A stretch of DNA of 64,000 nucleotides. It comes from an uncultured delta proteobacterium (lineage in GTDB: Bacteria > Myxococcota_A > UBA9160). A program made the position numbers and the translations under genes. How positions within the stretch are numbered: position 1 is the stretch's first letter; the number at the start of each line of letters is the position of its first letter. The notes under the pieces are model-generated. The model searched no databases and had not been told where the DNA came from. It saw only the letters and a list, made by a program, of their open reading frames with translations. Where the stretch lies: the NCBI GenBank assembly GCA_963710635.1, contig CAVQAY010000001.1, positions 25,674 through 89,673 of the forward strand. The letters are read 5' to 3'. Positions 46,912 to 56,394 of the stretch are shown here, piece by piece.

Positions 46912-46993
46912 ATCGCCAAGACACGCGCCCTTGTCACTGGACCTTTGGCTGGCTTTGGTTCATATCTGATCCAACAAATGTCCGGAGGCCTGC

Positions 46994-47377
46994 ATGGGTA
47001 TCGTGAACAAAATCTTGCGCCTGTTTACCTGGTGGGACGGGCAAACCCTGAACACCCAGTTTTTCACGTGGCGCAAGGGCAAGCGCGTTGGCGAAGATGA
47101 TCAAGGCAATGTGTTCTATACCAATGCCGACGGGTCCAAACGCTGGGTGATTTTCAGCGGCGAAGCCGAGGCAAGCCGCATTTCGCCCGATTGGCACGGG
47201 TGGTTGCACCGCACATGGGATGAACCGCCCACAGAAAAACCACTGGCGAAAAAGACATGGGAAAAGCCGCATCAGGAAAACCTGACAGGCACGGCTATGG
47301 CTTACGCACCGGCCGGATCGATCCGGCGGGCAGATCCGGCGAACCGGTCTGATTACGAGGCGTGGACACCCGAATAG
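46994..47377 (+). CDS. NADH:ubiquinone oxidoreductase subunit NDUFA12-family protein
   Basis: 127 aa. [32 protein letters not shown]..., [13 protein letters not shown] is the bacterial NDUFA12 pattern. Confidence 0.85.
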   Translation: MGIVNKILRLFTWWDGQTLNTQFFTWRKGKRVGEDDQGNVFYTNADGSKRWVIFSGEAEASRISPDWHGWLHRTWDEPPTEKPLAKKTWEKPHQENLTGTAMAYAPAGSIRRADPANRSDYEAWTPE

Positions 47378-47388
47378 GGGCACAGAAC

Positions 47389-47835
47389 ATGGCAGAAAAC
47401 AGAACCGAAGTCTTGGTCGGTGGTGCGGTATTGGCCGCAGCCATCGCGTTTATGGTCTACGCCGGTCAGGCGACCGGATTTGGATCAACCAGCGCGGGCT
47501 ACCCGCTTTCGGCCAGCTTCCGATCTCTGGAAGGCGTCGGCGTGGGCACGGACGTGCGGCTGGCCGGTGTCAAAATCGGATCGGTCACCGACGTAACGCT
47601 TAACCCTGAAACCTACCGCGCCGACACGACAGTCAGCGTGATCAACGGTATCGAAATTCCGGACGACAGCGCAATCGTGGTGTCCTCCGAAGGGTTGCTG
47701 GGTGGAAATTTCGTTGAAATCATCCCCGGCGGGTCGCCGTTTTTCTACGAAGCCGGGTCCGTGATTGAAGATACCCAGGGCGCGGTCAGCCTTGTGTCGC
47801 TGCTGTTGAAATTCGTTTCAGGCAGTGACGAGTGA
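47389..47835 (+). CDS. mlaD: outer-membrane lipid asymmetry maintenance protein MlaD (single MCE domain)
   Basis: 148 aa from the internal ATG (MAENRTEVLVGGAVLAAAIAF...). MCE core (VRLAGVKIGSVTDV). Confidence 0.8.
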   Translation: MAENRTEVLVGGAVLAAAIAFMVYAGQATGFGSTSAGYPLSASFRSLEGVGVGTDVRLAGVKIGSVTDVTLNPETYRADTTVSVINGIEIPDDSAIVVSSEGLLGGNFVEIIPGGSPFFYEAGSVIEDTQGAVSLVSLLLKFVSGSDE

Positions 47836-48185
47836 AACGGCTTGCGTTGATATTGTCGCTGGTGGCCGGGTCTGCCAGCGGCCAAGAGGTGACAAACGGC
47901 ACAGGCGTGATGCTGCGCGGGCTGGATAAGATCGACGGGTTCCATTCGGATATTGAAATCAGGGTGGGCCAATCGGCATCGTTCGGGCAATTGAACATCG
48001 AATTGCAATCCTGCCGCTATCCTGCCGGCAATCCGGCAGGCGATGCCTTTGCCTATCTGGTTATCCGCGAAAACGATGCGGCAACACCGATCTATTCGGG
48101 TTGGATGATTGCATCATCTCCGGCGCTGAATGCGTTGGATCACGCGCGTTACGATGTCTGGGTCATGCGCTGCACCACATCCTGA
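47832..48185 (+). CDS. DUF2155 domain-containing protein (secreted)
   Basis: 117 aa. GTGA overlap with mlaD and a signal peptide. The conserved alphaproteobacterial partner of NDUFA12/mlaD. Confidence 0.65.
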   Translation: MKRLALILSLVAGSASGQEVTNGTGVMLRGLDKIDGFHSDIEIRVGQSASFGQLNIELQSCRYPAGNPAGDAFAYLVIRENDAATPIYSGWMIASSPALNALDHARYDVWVMRCTTS

Positions 48186-48781
48186 GCGTTTGCCGGATGA
48201 GGGGCCAGAAAATCGGCCTGACCTTTCAGGGCAGCATCTAACAAAGTGTGATAAGTCGCGCGGCTGATTTCGATCGCCCCGAGTGACGCCAGATGATCCG
48301 TTAGAAACTGTGTGTCAAACAGGGTGAACCCCGCAGATCGCAACCGGTCCACCAGATAGACCAGCGCAACTTTTGATGCATCGCGCTGGCGGGAAAACAT
48401 GCTTTCCCCGAAAAATGCTGTGCCCAGCGTCACACCATAGACCCCGCCCACCAGATCGGGGCCGTTCCAAACCTCAAGCGAATGGGCGCGGCCCGCATCG
48501 TGCAGCGCCAGATACAAACGCCTGATTTCGTCGTTGATCCATGTTTCCGCACGATCCGCGCACCCATCCACCACATCCGCGAAACTCTGGTTGATGGTGA
48601 TCGAATAATCATCCTTCAGGATCGTCTTGCGCAAAGACCGCGACAGATGAAACCCGTCCAAAGGCATGATCCCGCGTCGTTTCGGATCAACCCAGAACAC
48701 TTCGGACTCACCCGCATGATCCGCCATCGGGAAAATGCCGATGGAATAGCCATGCAGTAGTAGATCAGGGGTCAGCGTCAT
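48149..48781 (-). CDS. aat: leucyl/phenylalanyl-tRNA--protein transferase
   Basis: 210 aa from the internal ATG ([19 protein letters not shown]...). Shows ...WINDEI...AHSLEVW...[16 protein letters not shown]. Confidence 0.85.
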   Translation of the reverse strand: MTLTPDLLLHGYSIGIFPMADHAGESEVFWVDPKRRGIMPLDGFHLSRSLRKTILKDDYSITINQSFADVVDGCADRAETWINDEIRRLYLALHDAGRAHSLEVWNGPDLVGGVYGVTLGTAFFGESMFSRQRDASKVALVYLVDRLRSAGFTLFDTQFLTDHLASLGAIEISRATYHTLLDAALKGQADFLAPHPANAQDVVQRMTQTS

Positions 48782-48812
48782 GCAACAAGTGCCCACCGCT
48801 TGCCCTGCAAGC

Positions 48813-50169
48813 CTAGCCGTTCAGATGGGTCAGCAGCCATTTTTCCAGCCAGTGAATATTGTAGTCTCCACTGTTCACATCCGGATCCTGCAACAACTCG
48901 TGAAACAGCGGCACAGTGGTGTGCACCCCGTCCACGATCAGTTCGCCCAAGGCGCGGTTCAGACGTGCCAAGCGCTTCGGGGCGGTCGCGGCCATGCACG
49001 ATCAACTTGCCGATCAGGCTGTCGTAATAGGGCGGGATCGAATATCCGTCATAAAGCGCGGAATCCATCCGCACGCCCAACCCGCCGGGGGCGTGATACT
49101 GGCTGATCCGGCCGGGGGACGGCGCGAAATTCGGCAGTTTTTCCGCGTTGATCCGCACTTCGATGGCGTGGCCGTTGATCTGCAAATCGTCCTGTTCAAA
49201 GGACATGGGCAATCCGGATGCGACGCGGATTTGTTCGCGCACCAGATCGACGCCGAAAATCGCTTCGGTCACAGGGTGTTCGACCTGCAAGCGCGTGTTC
49301 ATCTCGATGAAATAGAATTCGTTGTTTTCAAACAGGAATTCGATTGTGCCCGCGCCCGCGTAATCGATCTTGGCCACCGCATCTGCACAGACCTTGCCGA
49401 TCTTGGCGCGCAACTCCGGTGTAATGGTCGGGCCGGGGGCCTCTTCAAACACTTTCTGGTGGCGACGTTGCAGGGAACAGTCACGCTCGCCCAGATGCAC
49501 GGCGCGCCCCTTGCCATCGCCGAACACCTGAATTTCGATGTGGCGCGGGGTTTGCAGATATTTCTCGATATAGACTTCGTCATTGCCGAAGTTTGATTTG
49601 CCTTCGGCCCGTGCGGTCAGAAACGCGCTTTCCATATCCTTGGCGGTTTGGGCCACTTTCATGCCGCGCCCGCCACCGCCTGCCGTGGCCTTGATGATCA
49701 CCGGATAGCCGATTTCTTCGCCGATACGTTTTGCCTCGTCCAGCGATGGCACACCGCCGTCACTGCCGGGCACACAAGGCACACCCAGCGCCTTCATCGT
49801 GTCTTTGGCTGTGATCTTGTCGCCCATCACGCGGATATGTTCGGCTGTGGGGCCGATAAACGTCAGGCCGTGATCCTGCACGATCTGTACGAAATTCGCA
49901 TTTTCCGAAAGAAAGCCGTATCCGGGATGGATCGCTTCGGCCCCGGTGATTTCGCAGGCGGAAATAATTGCGGGCACCGAAAGATAGCTGTCCGTTGCCG
50001 AAGGCGGGCCGATGCATACGCTTTCATCGGCCATACGCACATGCATCGCATCGCTGTCAGCGGTCGAATGGACGGCGACCGATCCAACGCCCATTTCACG
50101 CGCGGCGCGGATAACACGCAGAGCAATTTCCCCGCGATTGGCGACCAGAATTTTATTGAACATTGCCAA
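48813..50169 (-). pseudogene. accC: acetyl-CoA carboxylase biotin carboxylase subunit, apparent frameshift near 48962-48972
   Basis: ORF 48778..50169 is canonical AccC up to ...[14 protein letters not shown]. The canonical C-terminus [26 protein letters not shown]...IHWLEKWL is in ORF 48813..48995, in another frame. Confidence 0.85.
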
Positions 50170-50173
50170 CGCC

Positions 50174-50677
50174 TTATTCCAGGATCACCAATGGCGCACC
50201 ATATTCGACGGCACCCCCGTCTTCGACCAGAATGCGTTTGACGGTTCCGGCGCGGGGGGCGGGAATGTGGTTCATTGTTTTCATCGCTTCGACAATCAGC
50301 AACGTATCGCCTTCGGCCACTTGCGCGCCCACCGAAATGAACGGGGCTGCACCGGGTTCGGCCTGCATATAAATCGTGCCGACCATCGGGGATGTGACCG
50401 CGCCGGGGTGGCTGGCCGGATCATCCGCGGCTTGTGCTGCAGCGGCGGGGGCGGACGCTGGCGCAACTGCGGCGGCCGGGGCTGCGGCTGTGGCGGCGGG
50501 CGCTGCTGCAACCTGTGTGACCACCTGTTGCGGTGTCATCCGGCTGACGCGAACGTTCAGGCGGTCATCCTCGCCGTATTCGCGTTTGACCTGCAATTCC
50601 GTCAGATCGTTTTCGCGCAACAATTCCGCCAGTGCCTGAATAAAGGCAACGTCTGCATCGTGATTGCTTTTTGTCAT
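50174..50677 (-). CDS. accB: acetyl-CoA carboxylase biotin carboxyl carrier protein
   Basis: 167 aa from the internal ATG ([10 protein letters not shown]...). Ala/Pro-rich linker and the biotinyl-lysine motif EAMKTMN. Confidence 0.9.
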   Translation of the reverse strand: MTKSNHDADVAFIQALAELLRENDLTELQVKREYGEDDRLNVRVSRMTPQQVVTQVAAAPAATAAAPAAAVAPASAPAAAAQAADDPASHPGAVTSPMVGTIYMQAEPGAAPFISVGAQVAEGDTLLIVEAMKTMNHIPAPRAGTVKRILVEDGGAVEYGAPLVILE

Positions 50678-50911
50678 GGGATCCTCGACCGCTTCGTTTG
50701 GTCCGTCTTGCTGCGAACCGTTTTGATGTTGACGCCGCTTATAGGTCATGCGCGCGCACATGAAAAGAAGCGACGTTCCTTCCCGATCAAGAAGGCGTGG
50801 CGCTTGGGGATCAAAAAATGCACATTGCCTTGCATTCGATCATGGACCCGACCGCATTCGCGCGTAAACTTGTAAGGATCAACCCCGCAACACGGCGCAA
50901 GGACGCAGGTT

Positions 50912-52420
50912 ATGAATATCGGATTTTGGCTGCATCGCCGCGCCCAGACGCATGGAAACGATCCGGCGCTGTTTCTGGGGCGTGAACTGGTCGCGGATTA
51001 TGCCGGGTTTCATCGCAGGGCGGCGCAGGTTGCGGCGTGGTTGATGGCGCAAGGCGTTCAACCCGGTGACCGGGTGGCGATTTTCATGAAAAACTGCCCC
51101 GATTACCTGATTGTGCAATACGGTATCTGGTATGCGGGTGCGGCGGCGGTGCCGATCAACGCCAAACTGCACCCGCGCGAGGCCGCGTTTATTCTGAGTG
51201 ATTCCGGCACAGGCATTGTGTTTTCATCGCCCGGCCTTGCCGAACCTGTGGCCGATCTTTGCCCGGACACGCGCGTCATTGATGTTACAGACGCCGCCTA
51301 TGCCCAAATTTCTGCGCTGCCGCCTTTGGGGCATCTGGCACCTCGTGCGCCGGATGATCTGGCATGGTTGTTCTATACGTCCGGCACCACCGGACAGCCC
51401 AAAGGCGTGATCATCACGCACCGCATGCTGACCACCATGTCGCTGTGTTACCAGACCGATTGCGAACCGGTGGCGTCCGATCACACCACGCTATACGCCG
51501 CCCCGATGAGCCATGGGGCAGGGATTTACAACATGATGCATGTGCGCGCCGGCGCGCGCCATGTCTGCCCCGTATCCGGCGGATTTGACGAGGCCGAGAT
51601 TTTCGATCTGGCGCGCCATTACGGCAATGTGCAGATGTTTGCAGCCCCCACCATGGTCAAACGGATGACGCAGGTGGCACTGGCAACGGGCGAAACCGGC
51701 ACCGGCCTGCGCACGATCATTTATGCGGGCGGCCCCATGTATCTGGCCGATATTGTCGAAGCTGTAGATCATTTCGGCCCTATATTTGCGCAGATTTACG
51801 GTCAGGGCGAATGCCCGATGGGGATTACCGCACTGGCACGCGCCGATGTGGCAGATCGTGCGCACCCGCGCTGGCGTGAACGCCTGCAATCGGTCGGGCG
51901 CGCGCAATCCACGGTCGAGGTGCAGATCGGCGACGCCGATGGCACACCGCTGCCCGTAGGCACCCATGGTGAGATTATGGTGCGCGGCGACACGGTGATG
52001 CCCGGCTACTGGAACAACCCCAAGGCCACCGCAAAGACGATCGTGAACGGCTGGTTGATGACGGGGGACATGGGGTTCATGGACGAAGACGGCTATGTCA
52101 CGATGCAGGACCGGTCCAAGGATATGATCATTTCCGGTGGGTCAAACGTCTACCCGCGCGAGGTCGAGGAAGTGTTGTTGATGCATCCCGACGTTATCGA
52201 GGTGTCGGTTGTCGGGCGCACGCATCCCGACTGGGGCGAGGAGGTGGTGGCCTTTGTCGTGGGCCGCGCTGATCCGGCTGCGCTGGACCAGTTGTGCAAT
52301 GACAATATCGCCCGTTTCAAACGGCCCAAGGCCTATTTCACCGTGCCGGACCTGCCCAAGAACAATTACGGAAAGGTGTTGAAAACCGAACTGCGCAAAC
52401 GGCTGGAGGAAATGACATGA
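50912..52420 (+). CDS. AMP-dependent acyl-CoA synthetase/ligase (class I adenylate-forming enzyme)
   Basis: 502 aa. AMP-binding motif LFYTSGTTGQPKGV, plus GEI.VRG....GYW, TGDMGF.DEDGY and RSKDMIISGG.NVYP.E.E. Confidence 0.85.
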   Translation: MNIGFWLHRRAQTHGNDPALFLGRELVADYAGFHRRAAQVAAWLMAQGVQPGDRVAIFMKNCPDYLIVQYGIWYAGAAAVPINAKLHPREAAFILSDSGTGIVFSSPGLAEPVADLCPDTRVIDVTDAAYAQISALPPLGHLAPRAPDDLAWLFYTSGTTGQPKGVIITHRMLTTMSLCYQTDCEPVASDHTTLYAAPMSHGAGIYNMMHVRAGARHVCPVSGGFDEAEIFDLARHYGNVQMFAAPTMVKRMTQVALATGETGTGLRTIIYAGGPMYLADIVEAVDHFGPIFAQIYGQGECPMGITALARADVADRAHPRWRERLQSVGRAQSTVEVQIGDADGTPLPVGTHGEIMVRGDTVMPGYWNNPKATAKTIVNGWLMTGDMGFMDEDGYVTMQDRSKDMIISGGSNVYPREVEEVLLMHPDVIEVSVVGRTHPDWGEEVVAFVVGRADPAALDQLCNDNIARFKRPKAYFTVPDLPKNNYGKVLKTELRKRLEEMT

Positions 52421-53220
52421 CCGATCTGACAGGAAAAACCGCACTGGTCACAGGATCGGTGCAGGGCATCGGGCTGGCCGTGGCGCGGGTGTTGGCGCGC
52501 GCAGGGGCTCGCATCGCCGTGCACGGGCTGGCGGGGGATGCCCAGATTGCAGACGTCTGTGAAACGCTGGAAAATGATGGTGCCCCGCAGGCCGAGTTTT
52601 TCCATGGCGATCTGCGCAATGCCGACCGGATCGACGAATTGATGGCCGCCGTGCAGGCATGGGGCGGCGCCGATATTCTGGTCAACAACGCAGGTATCCA
52701 GCACACCGCGCCGTTGGCCGACATGCCGCGTGAACAATGGGATGCCATCCTGTCGATCAACCTGTCAGCGGCGTTTCACACCATGCAAAAGGCATTGCCG
52801 CAAATGGCCGCGCGTGGCTACGGGCGGGTGATCAATATCGCGTCGGTACACGGGCTTGTGGCATCAAAGGACAAGGCGCCCTATGTCGCCGCTAAATTCG
52901 GCCTTGTGGGCCTTAGTCAGGTGGCCGCGCTGGAATATGCGGCCAGCGGCGACCGGGCCAAAGGGGGCGTAACGGTCAACTGCATCTGCCCCGGATGGAC
53001 GGAAACCGCTATTATTGCACCCCAGATTGAACAGCGTGCGGCCCTGCATGGCGGGGATCGCGCGGCGGGCATTGCCGATCTGCTGCACGAAAAACAACCC
53101 AGTCAACGCCTGTCAGACCCGTCTGAAATCGGCGAACTGGCGTTGTGGCTGTGCAATCCTGTGGCGCATAACGTCACCGGCACCTCAATCCCGATTGATG
53201 GCGGCTGGACGGCGCAATAG
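52417..53220 (+). CDS. bdhA: 3-hydroxybutyrate dehydrogenase (SDR family)
   Basis: 267 aa. TGSVQGIG, NNAGIQH, SVHGLVASKDKAPYVAAKFG, and a BdhA-like C-terminal segment (LLHEKQPS.R...). ATGA overlap with the upstream gene. Confidence 0.8.
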   Translation: MTDLTGKTALVTGSVQGIGLAVARVLARAGARIAVHGLAGDAQIADVCETLENDGAPQAEFFHGDLRNADRIDELMAAVQAWGGADILVNNAGIQHTAPLADMPREQWDAILSINLSAAFHTMQKALPQMAARGYGRVINIASVHGLVASKDKAPYVAAKFGLVGLSQVAALEYAASGDRAKGGVTVNCICPGWTETAIIAPQIEQRAALHGGDRAAGIADLLHEKQPSQRLSDPSEIGELALWLCNPVAHNVTGTSIPIDGGWTAQ

Positions 53221-53505
53221 GGCGGCGTTGGTGTCTTGGGCCTGACGGTCCAGCTTTTCCGCCTGCTCGGCCAGCAGCGTTTCAATTTCGATCTGGATGG
53301 CAGACGGGGGTGGCGCGGGTTCGTTTTCTCGTGACCAAGGGGCAGGGCGTGGCACATCAGGAGCGCGGAACGGACCGTTCCCAGAAGCGGTGCCAGCGGG
53401 ATTGAGCGGCGCAATAACGGGTTTGGGTTTGCGAGTTTGGGGCAGGGACCAGGGATGGCCGGTGCTAAGCGGGGCCTGAACCACAGGCGGTATCGCGATT
53501 TTCAT
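53185..53505 (-). CDS. hypothetical Pro-rich protein (weakly supported)
   Basis: 106-aa ORF with a GGAG about 6 nt upstream of the ATG. Low-complexity Pro-rich middle and a short predicted helix (IEIETLLAEQAEKLDRQ). Its 3' end overlaps bdhA by 36 nt. No recognisable domain. Confidence 0.3.
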   Translation of the reverse strand: MKIAIPPVVQAPLSTGHPWSLPQTRKPKPVIAPLNPAGTASGNGPFRAPDVPRPAPWSRENEPAPPPSAIQIEIETLLAEQAEKLDRQAQDTNAALLRRPAAINRD

Positions 53506-53615
53506 AGTGACTCCGTAACCTGATCGGAGCCCTCACCCGTATTGAGTGTAAATTAACCGGCGTTGACAGAGTGTTAACGTGATGGAGGCACATCACTAAA
53601 ATCCGCTGTATCCAC

Positions 53616-53638
53616 CGGCGGGGCTGGGCGCCCCGCCG
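53616..53638 (-). terminator. GC-rich hairpin downstream of the LIV-type ABC operon (possible terminator, no clean U-tract)
   Basis: CGGCGGGGC-tgggc-GCCCCGCCG, a perfect 9-bp stem, 10 nt after the livF-like stop. Confidence 0.35.
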
Positions 53639-53647
53639 CAGAACATA

Positions 53648-54403
53648 TCAGATCGCCAGATATTCGGCGCGCAACTGTTCGTTTTGCAGAACCTCATCAG
53701 CGCTGCCGTCAAAGACAATGCCGCCGGTATCCAGAATAACCGCGCGGTCCGCCAGTTGCAGGGCGCGCACCGCATTCTGTTCCACGATCACGGTGGTGAT
53801 ACCCTGTTCCTTGATAATCATCAGTGTCTTTTCAATCTCGTCCACGATGACCGGGGCCAGACCTTCGTAAGGTTCATCCAGCAACAGCACCTTGATGTCA
53901 CGGGCCAGCGCGCGCGCGATCGCCAGCATCTGCTGTTCGCCGCCTGACAGGGTTGTACCTTCTTGCGTGCGGCGTTCGCCCAGACGCGGGAACAGTTCGT
54001 AAAGACGGTCAAGCGACCAGCCGACAGGCGGCGCGATTTGCGCAAGCTTCAGGTTCTCTTCGACCGTGAGGCCGGCGATGATCCGTCGGTCTTCGGGGAC
54101 AAGGCCCAATCCGACCGATGCGGCCTCATAGCTTTTCATTTTGTGCAAGGGTTGGTGATCAAGCCATATTTCGCCCTTGGCCAACTGCGGATTGTCCAGC
54201 CGCGCGATGGCGCGCAAGGTCGATGTCTTGCCTGCACCATTGCGCCCGAGCAGCGCCAGAATCTCTCCTTCGTGCACGTTAAAGCTGATGCCCTGCACGA
54301 TATAGCTTTCGCCGTAATAGGCGTGCATGTCCCACACCGACAGAAAGGCAGGCGCGGTCGAGGCCATATTGGCGTTCTTGGAAAAGTCCGGTTTGACGTT
54401 CAT
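53648..54403 (-). CDS. livF: branched-chain amino acid-type ABC transporter ATP-binding protein (LivF-like)
   Basis: 251 aa. Walker A GRNGAGKTS, signature LSGGEQQML, Walker B LLLDEP. Confidence 0.9.
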   Translation of the reverse strand: MNVKPDFSKNANMASTAPAFLSVWDMHAYYGESYIVQGISFNVHEGEILALLGRNGAGKTSTLRAIARLDNPQLAKGEIWLDHQPLHKMKSYEAASVGLGLVPEDRRIIAGLTVEENLKLAQIAPPVGWSLDRLYELFPRLGERRTQEGTTLSGGEQQMLAIARALARDIKVLLLDEPYEGLAPVIVDEIEKTLMIIKEQGITTVIVEQNAVRALQLADRAVILDTGGIVFDGSADEVLQNEQLRAEYLAI

Positions 54404-54423
54404 GGTTTTGTCCCTTTCGCCGC

Positions 54424-55180
54424 TTACGCGCTTTCGCCCAGATACGCTTCGCGCACTTTGGGGTGGCCCTTGATGTTTTCGGGCAAATCTTCGACCAGTG
54501 GGGTGCCCTGGGCCAGAACGGTGATCCGTTCGGCCAGCGAAAACACTACATGCATGTCATGTTCGATGATGGCGATGGTGATGTCGCGTTCTTCCTTGAT
54601 CTGTTTCAGCAGATCGATGGTGTTGTTGGTGTCCGCGCGGGCCATACCAGCGGTCGGTTCATCCAATAGCAACAGGCGCGGCTGCTGGCTAAGGCACATC
54701 CCGATTTCAAGGCGGCGTTTATCCCCGCGCGACAGCGATGCCGCGTGCATGTGCCGCTTGTCGATCATGTTCATGTCTTCCAGCATGCTTTCGGCTTTTT
54801 CGATCAACTCGCGCTCGTTATCGACAGTTTCGATCGCGTGCATGCGAAATGCGCCATCCCGTTTGGCAAAACAGGGGATCATCACATTTTCGAACACGGT
54901 CAGATCGCCAAAGATTTCCGGCGTCTGAAACACGCGGCTGATGCCCATCTGGTTGATCTCGTGCGGGGCACGGCCCAGCACGGACTGACCATCAAACATC
55001 ACCGATCCGGTGTCGGGGATCAGTTTGCCGACCAGACAGTTCAGCAGGGTCGACTTTGCCTGCACCGTTCGGCCCGATGATCGCGTGTACCGTGTTTTCC
55101 GCAACGCTCAGGTTTACATTGCCAAGGGCCTGCAAGCCCCCGAACCGTTTGTTGACATCTTTGACTTCAAGAATACCCAT
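54424..55180 (-). pseudogene. livG: branched-chain amino acid-type ABC transporter ATP-binding protein (LivG-like), apparent frameshift inside Walker A near 55051-55060
   Basis: ORF 54992..55180 gives MGILEVKDVNKRFGGLQALGNVNLSV..IIGPNGAGK. The continuation STLLNCLVGKLIPDTGSVMFDG...LSRGDKRRLEIGM...LLLDEPTAGM is in ORF 54424..55104. Confidence 0.85.
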
Positions 55181-55191
55181 GGCCCGTCTCC

Positions 55192-56391
55192 TTATTCCGC
55201 AGGCTGCTTGGCAGCAGGATCGTCGCCGTCTTCGGCCTTTTTGCGGCGAAACAGGTTCATGATTTTCTGTCCGCCTTCAACCAGACCACCGGGCAGGAAG
55301 ATGACAACCAGCATGAACATGATGCCCAGTGTCAGGTGCCAGCCTTTGCCGATGAACGGGTAGACCAGTGCAATCAGCAAATCCTCGATGCCGTCAGGCA
55401 GCCAGTAGAACCACTGGTGCAGGATGTTTTCGTTGATCTTGGAAATGATGTTTTCCATGTATTTGATGAAACCCGCACCCAGGATCGGGCCGATCAGCGT
55501 ACCGGCACCACCCAGAATGGTCATCAGAACAACCTCGCCGCTTGCGGTCCAGAACATACGTTCCGCGCCCACCTGCGTGTCCATCGCAACCAGCAAACCA
55601 CCCGCCAGACCGGCATACATGCCCGAGATCACAAAAGCGGCCAAGGTGTAGGGTTTGGGATCAAGCCCGGTATAGTTCATCCGCTGCTGGTTTGATTTGA
55701 CCGCCCGCAACATCATGCCAAAGGGCGACCGAAAGATGCGGATCGACAGATAGAAGGCCATCAGCATGATCAGCCCGGCAAGGTAATAGCCCACGTTGAA
55801 CGTGAACAGCCAGCTGCCAACTTCCATTTCGTAGGTCGATGTCATTTCCAGCCCGAACAGGTTTGCCTTGGGCGTTGCACCGGATTCCAACGGGGCATCC
55901 AGAATGCGCGGATCGAACACTTTGGGCTGCAAACCGGTTTCGCCGCCCGTGATCGGTGTCAGCACCGAATAGGCCAGTGAATAGGACATTTGCGCAAAGG
56001 CCAGCGTCAGGATCGAAAAGTAGATGCCTGAGCGGCGCAGTGATATCCAGCCGACCAGCAGGGAAAACACACCGGCCACCGCGACAGAAACAAGGATCGC
56101 GGGGATCACGTTCATCGTCAGCAGTTTCATCATCCAGATACCGGCATAAGATCCGACACCCAGAAACGCCGCGTGTCCAAAGCTGAGGTATCCGGTCAGG
56201 CCGAACAGGATGTTGAACCCGATGGCGAAGATGCCAAAGATCACGAAACGCTGCATCAGATCGGGATAGCCCGCGTTGAATTGCGCCAGTTCGGACCCTT
56301 CAGGAAAGGGGTTCAGGATAAAGGGGGCCAGCACCGTCAGGGCGATGACAACCATGAAAAGACGAAGATCGGATTTGTTCAGTCCAAACAT
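55192..56391 (-). CDS. livM: branched-chain amino acid-type ABC transporter permease (LivM-like)
   Basis: 399 aa, polytopic, LivM-like, with a C-terminal charged tail. Confidence 0.9.
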   Translation of the reverse strand: MFGLNKSDLRLFMVVIALTVLAPFILNPFPEGSELAQFNAGYPDLMQRFVIFGIFAIGFNILFGLTGYLSFGHAAFLGVGSYAGIWMMKLLTMNVIPAILVSVAVAGVFSLLVGWISLRRSGIYFSILTLAFAQMSYSLAYSVLTPITGGETGLQPKVFDPRILDAPLESGATPKANLFGLEMTSTYEMEVGSWLFTFNVGYYLAGLIMLMAFYLSIRIFRSPFGMMLRAVKSNQQRMNYTGLDPKPYTLAAFVISGMYAGLAGGLLVAMDTQVGAERMFWTASGEVVLMTILGGAGTLIGPILGAGFIKYMENIISKINENILHQWFYWLPDGIEDLLIALVYPFIGKGWHLTLGIMFMLVVIFLPGGLVEGGQKIMNLFRRKKAEDGDDPAAKQPAE

Positions 56392-56394
56392 GGG

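Noticed and set aside
8488-55060. Programmed ribosomal frameshifting or recoding as an explanation for the frame breaks
   Set aside because: The sites share no slippery heptamer or downstream structure. They occur in unrelated genes for which no recoding is known, and they sit at short homopolymers. Indel error, or less likely mutation, is the simpler explanation.
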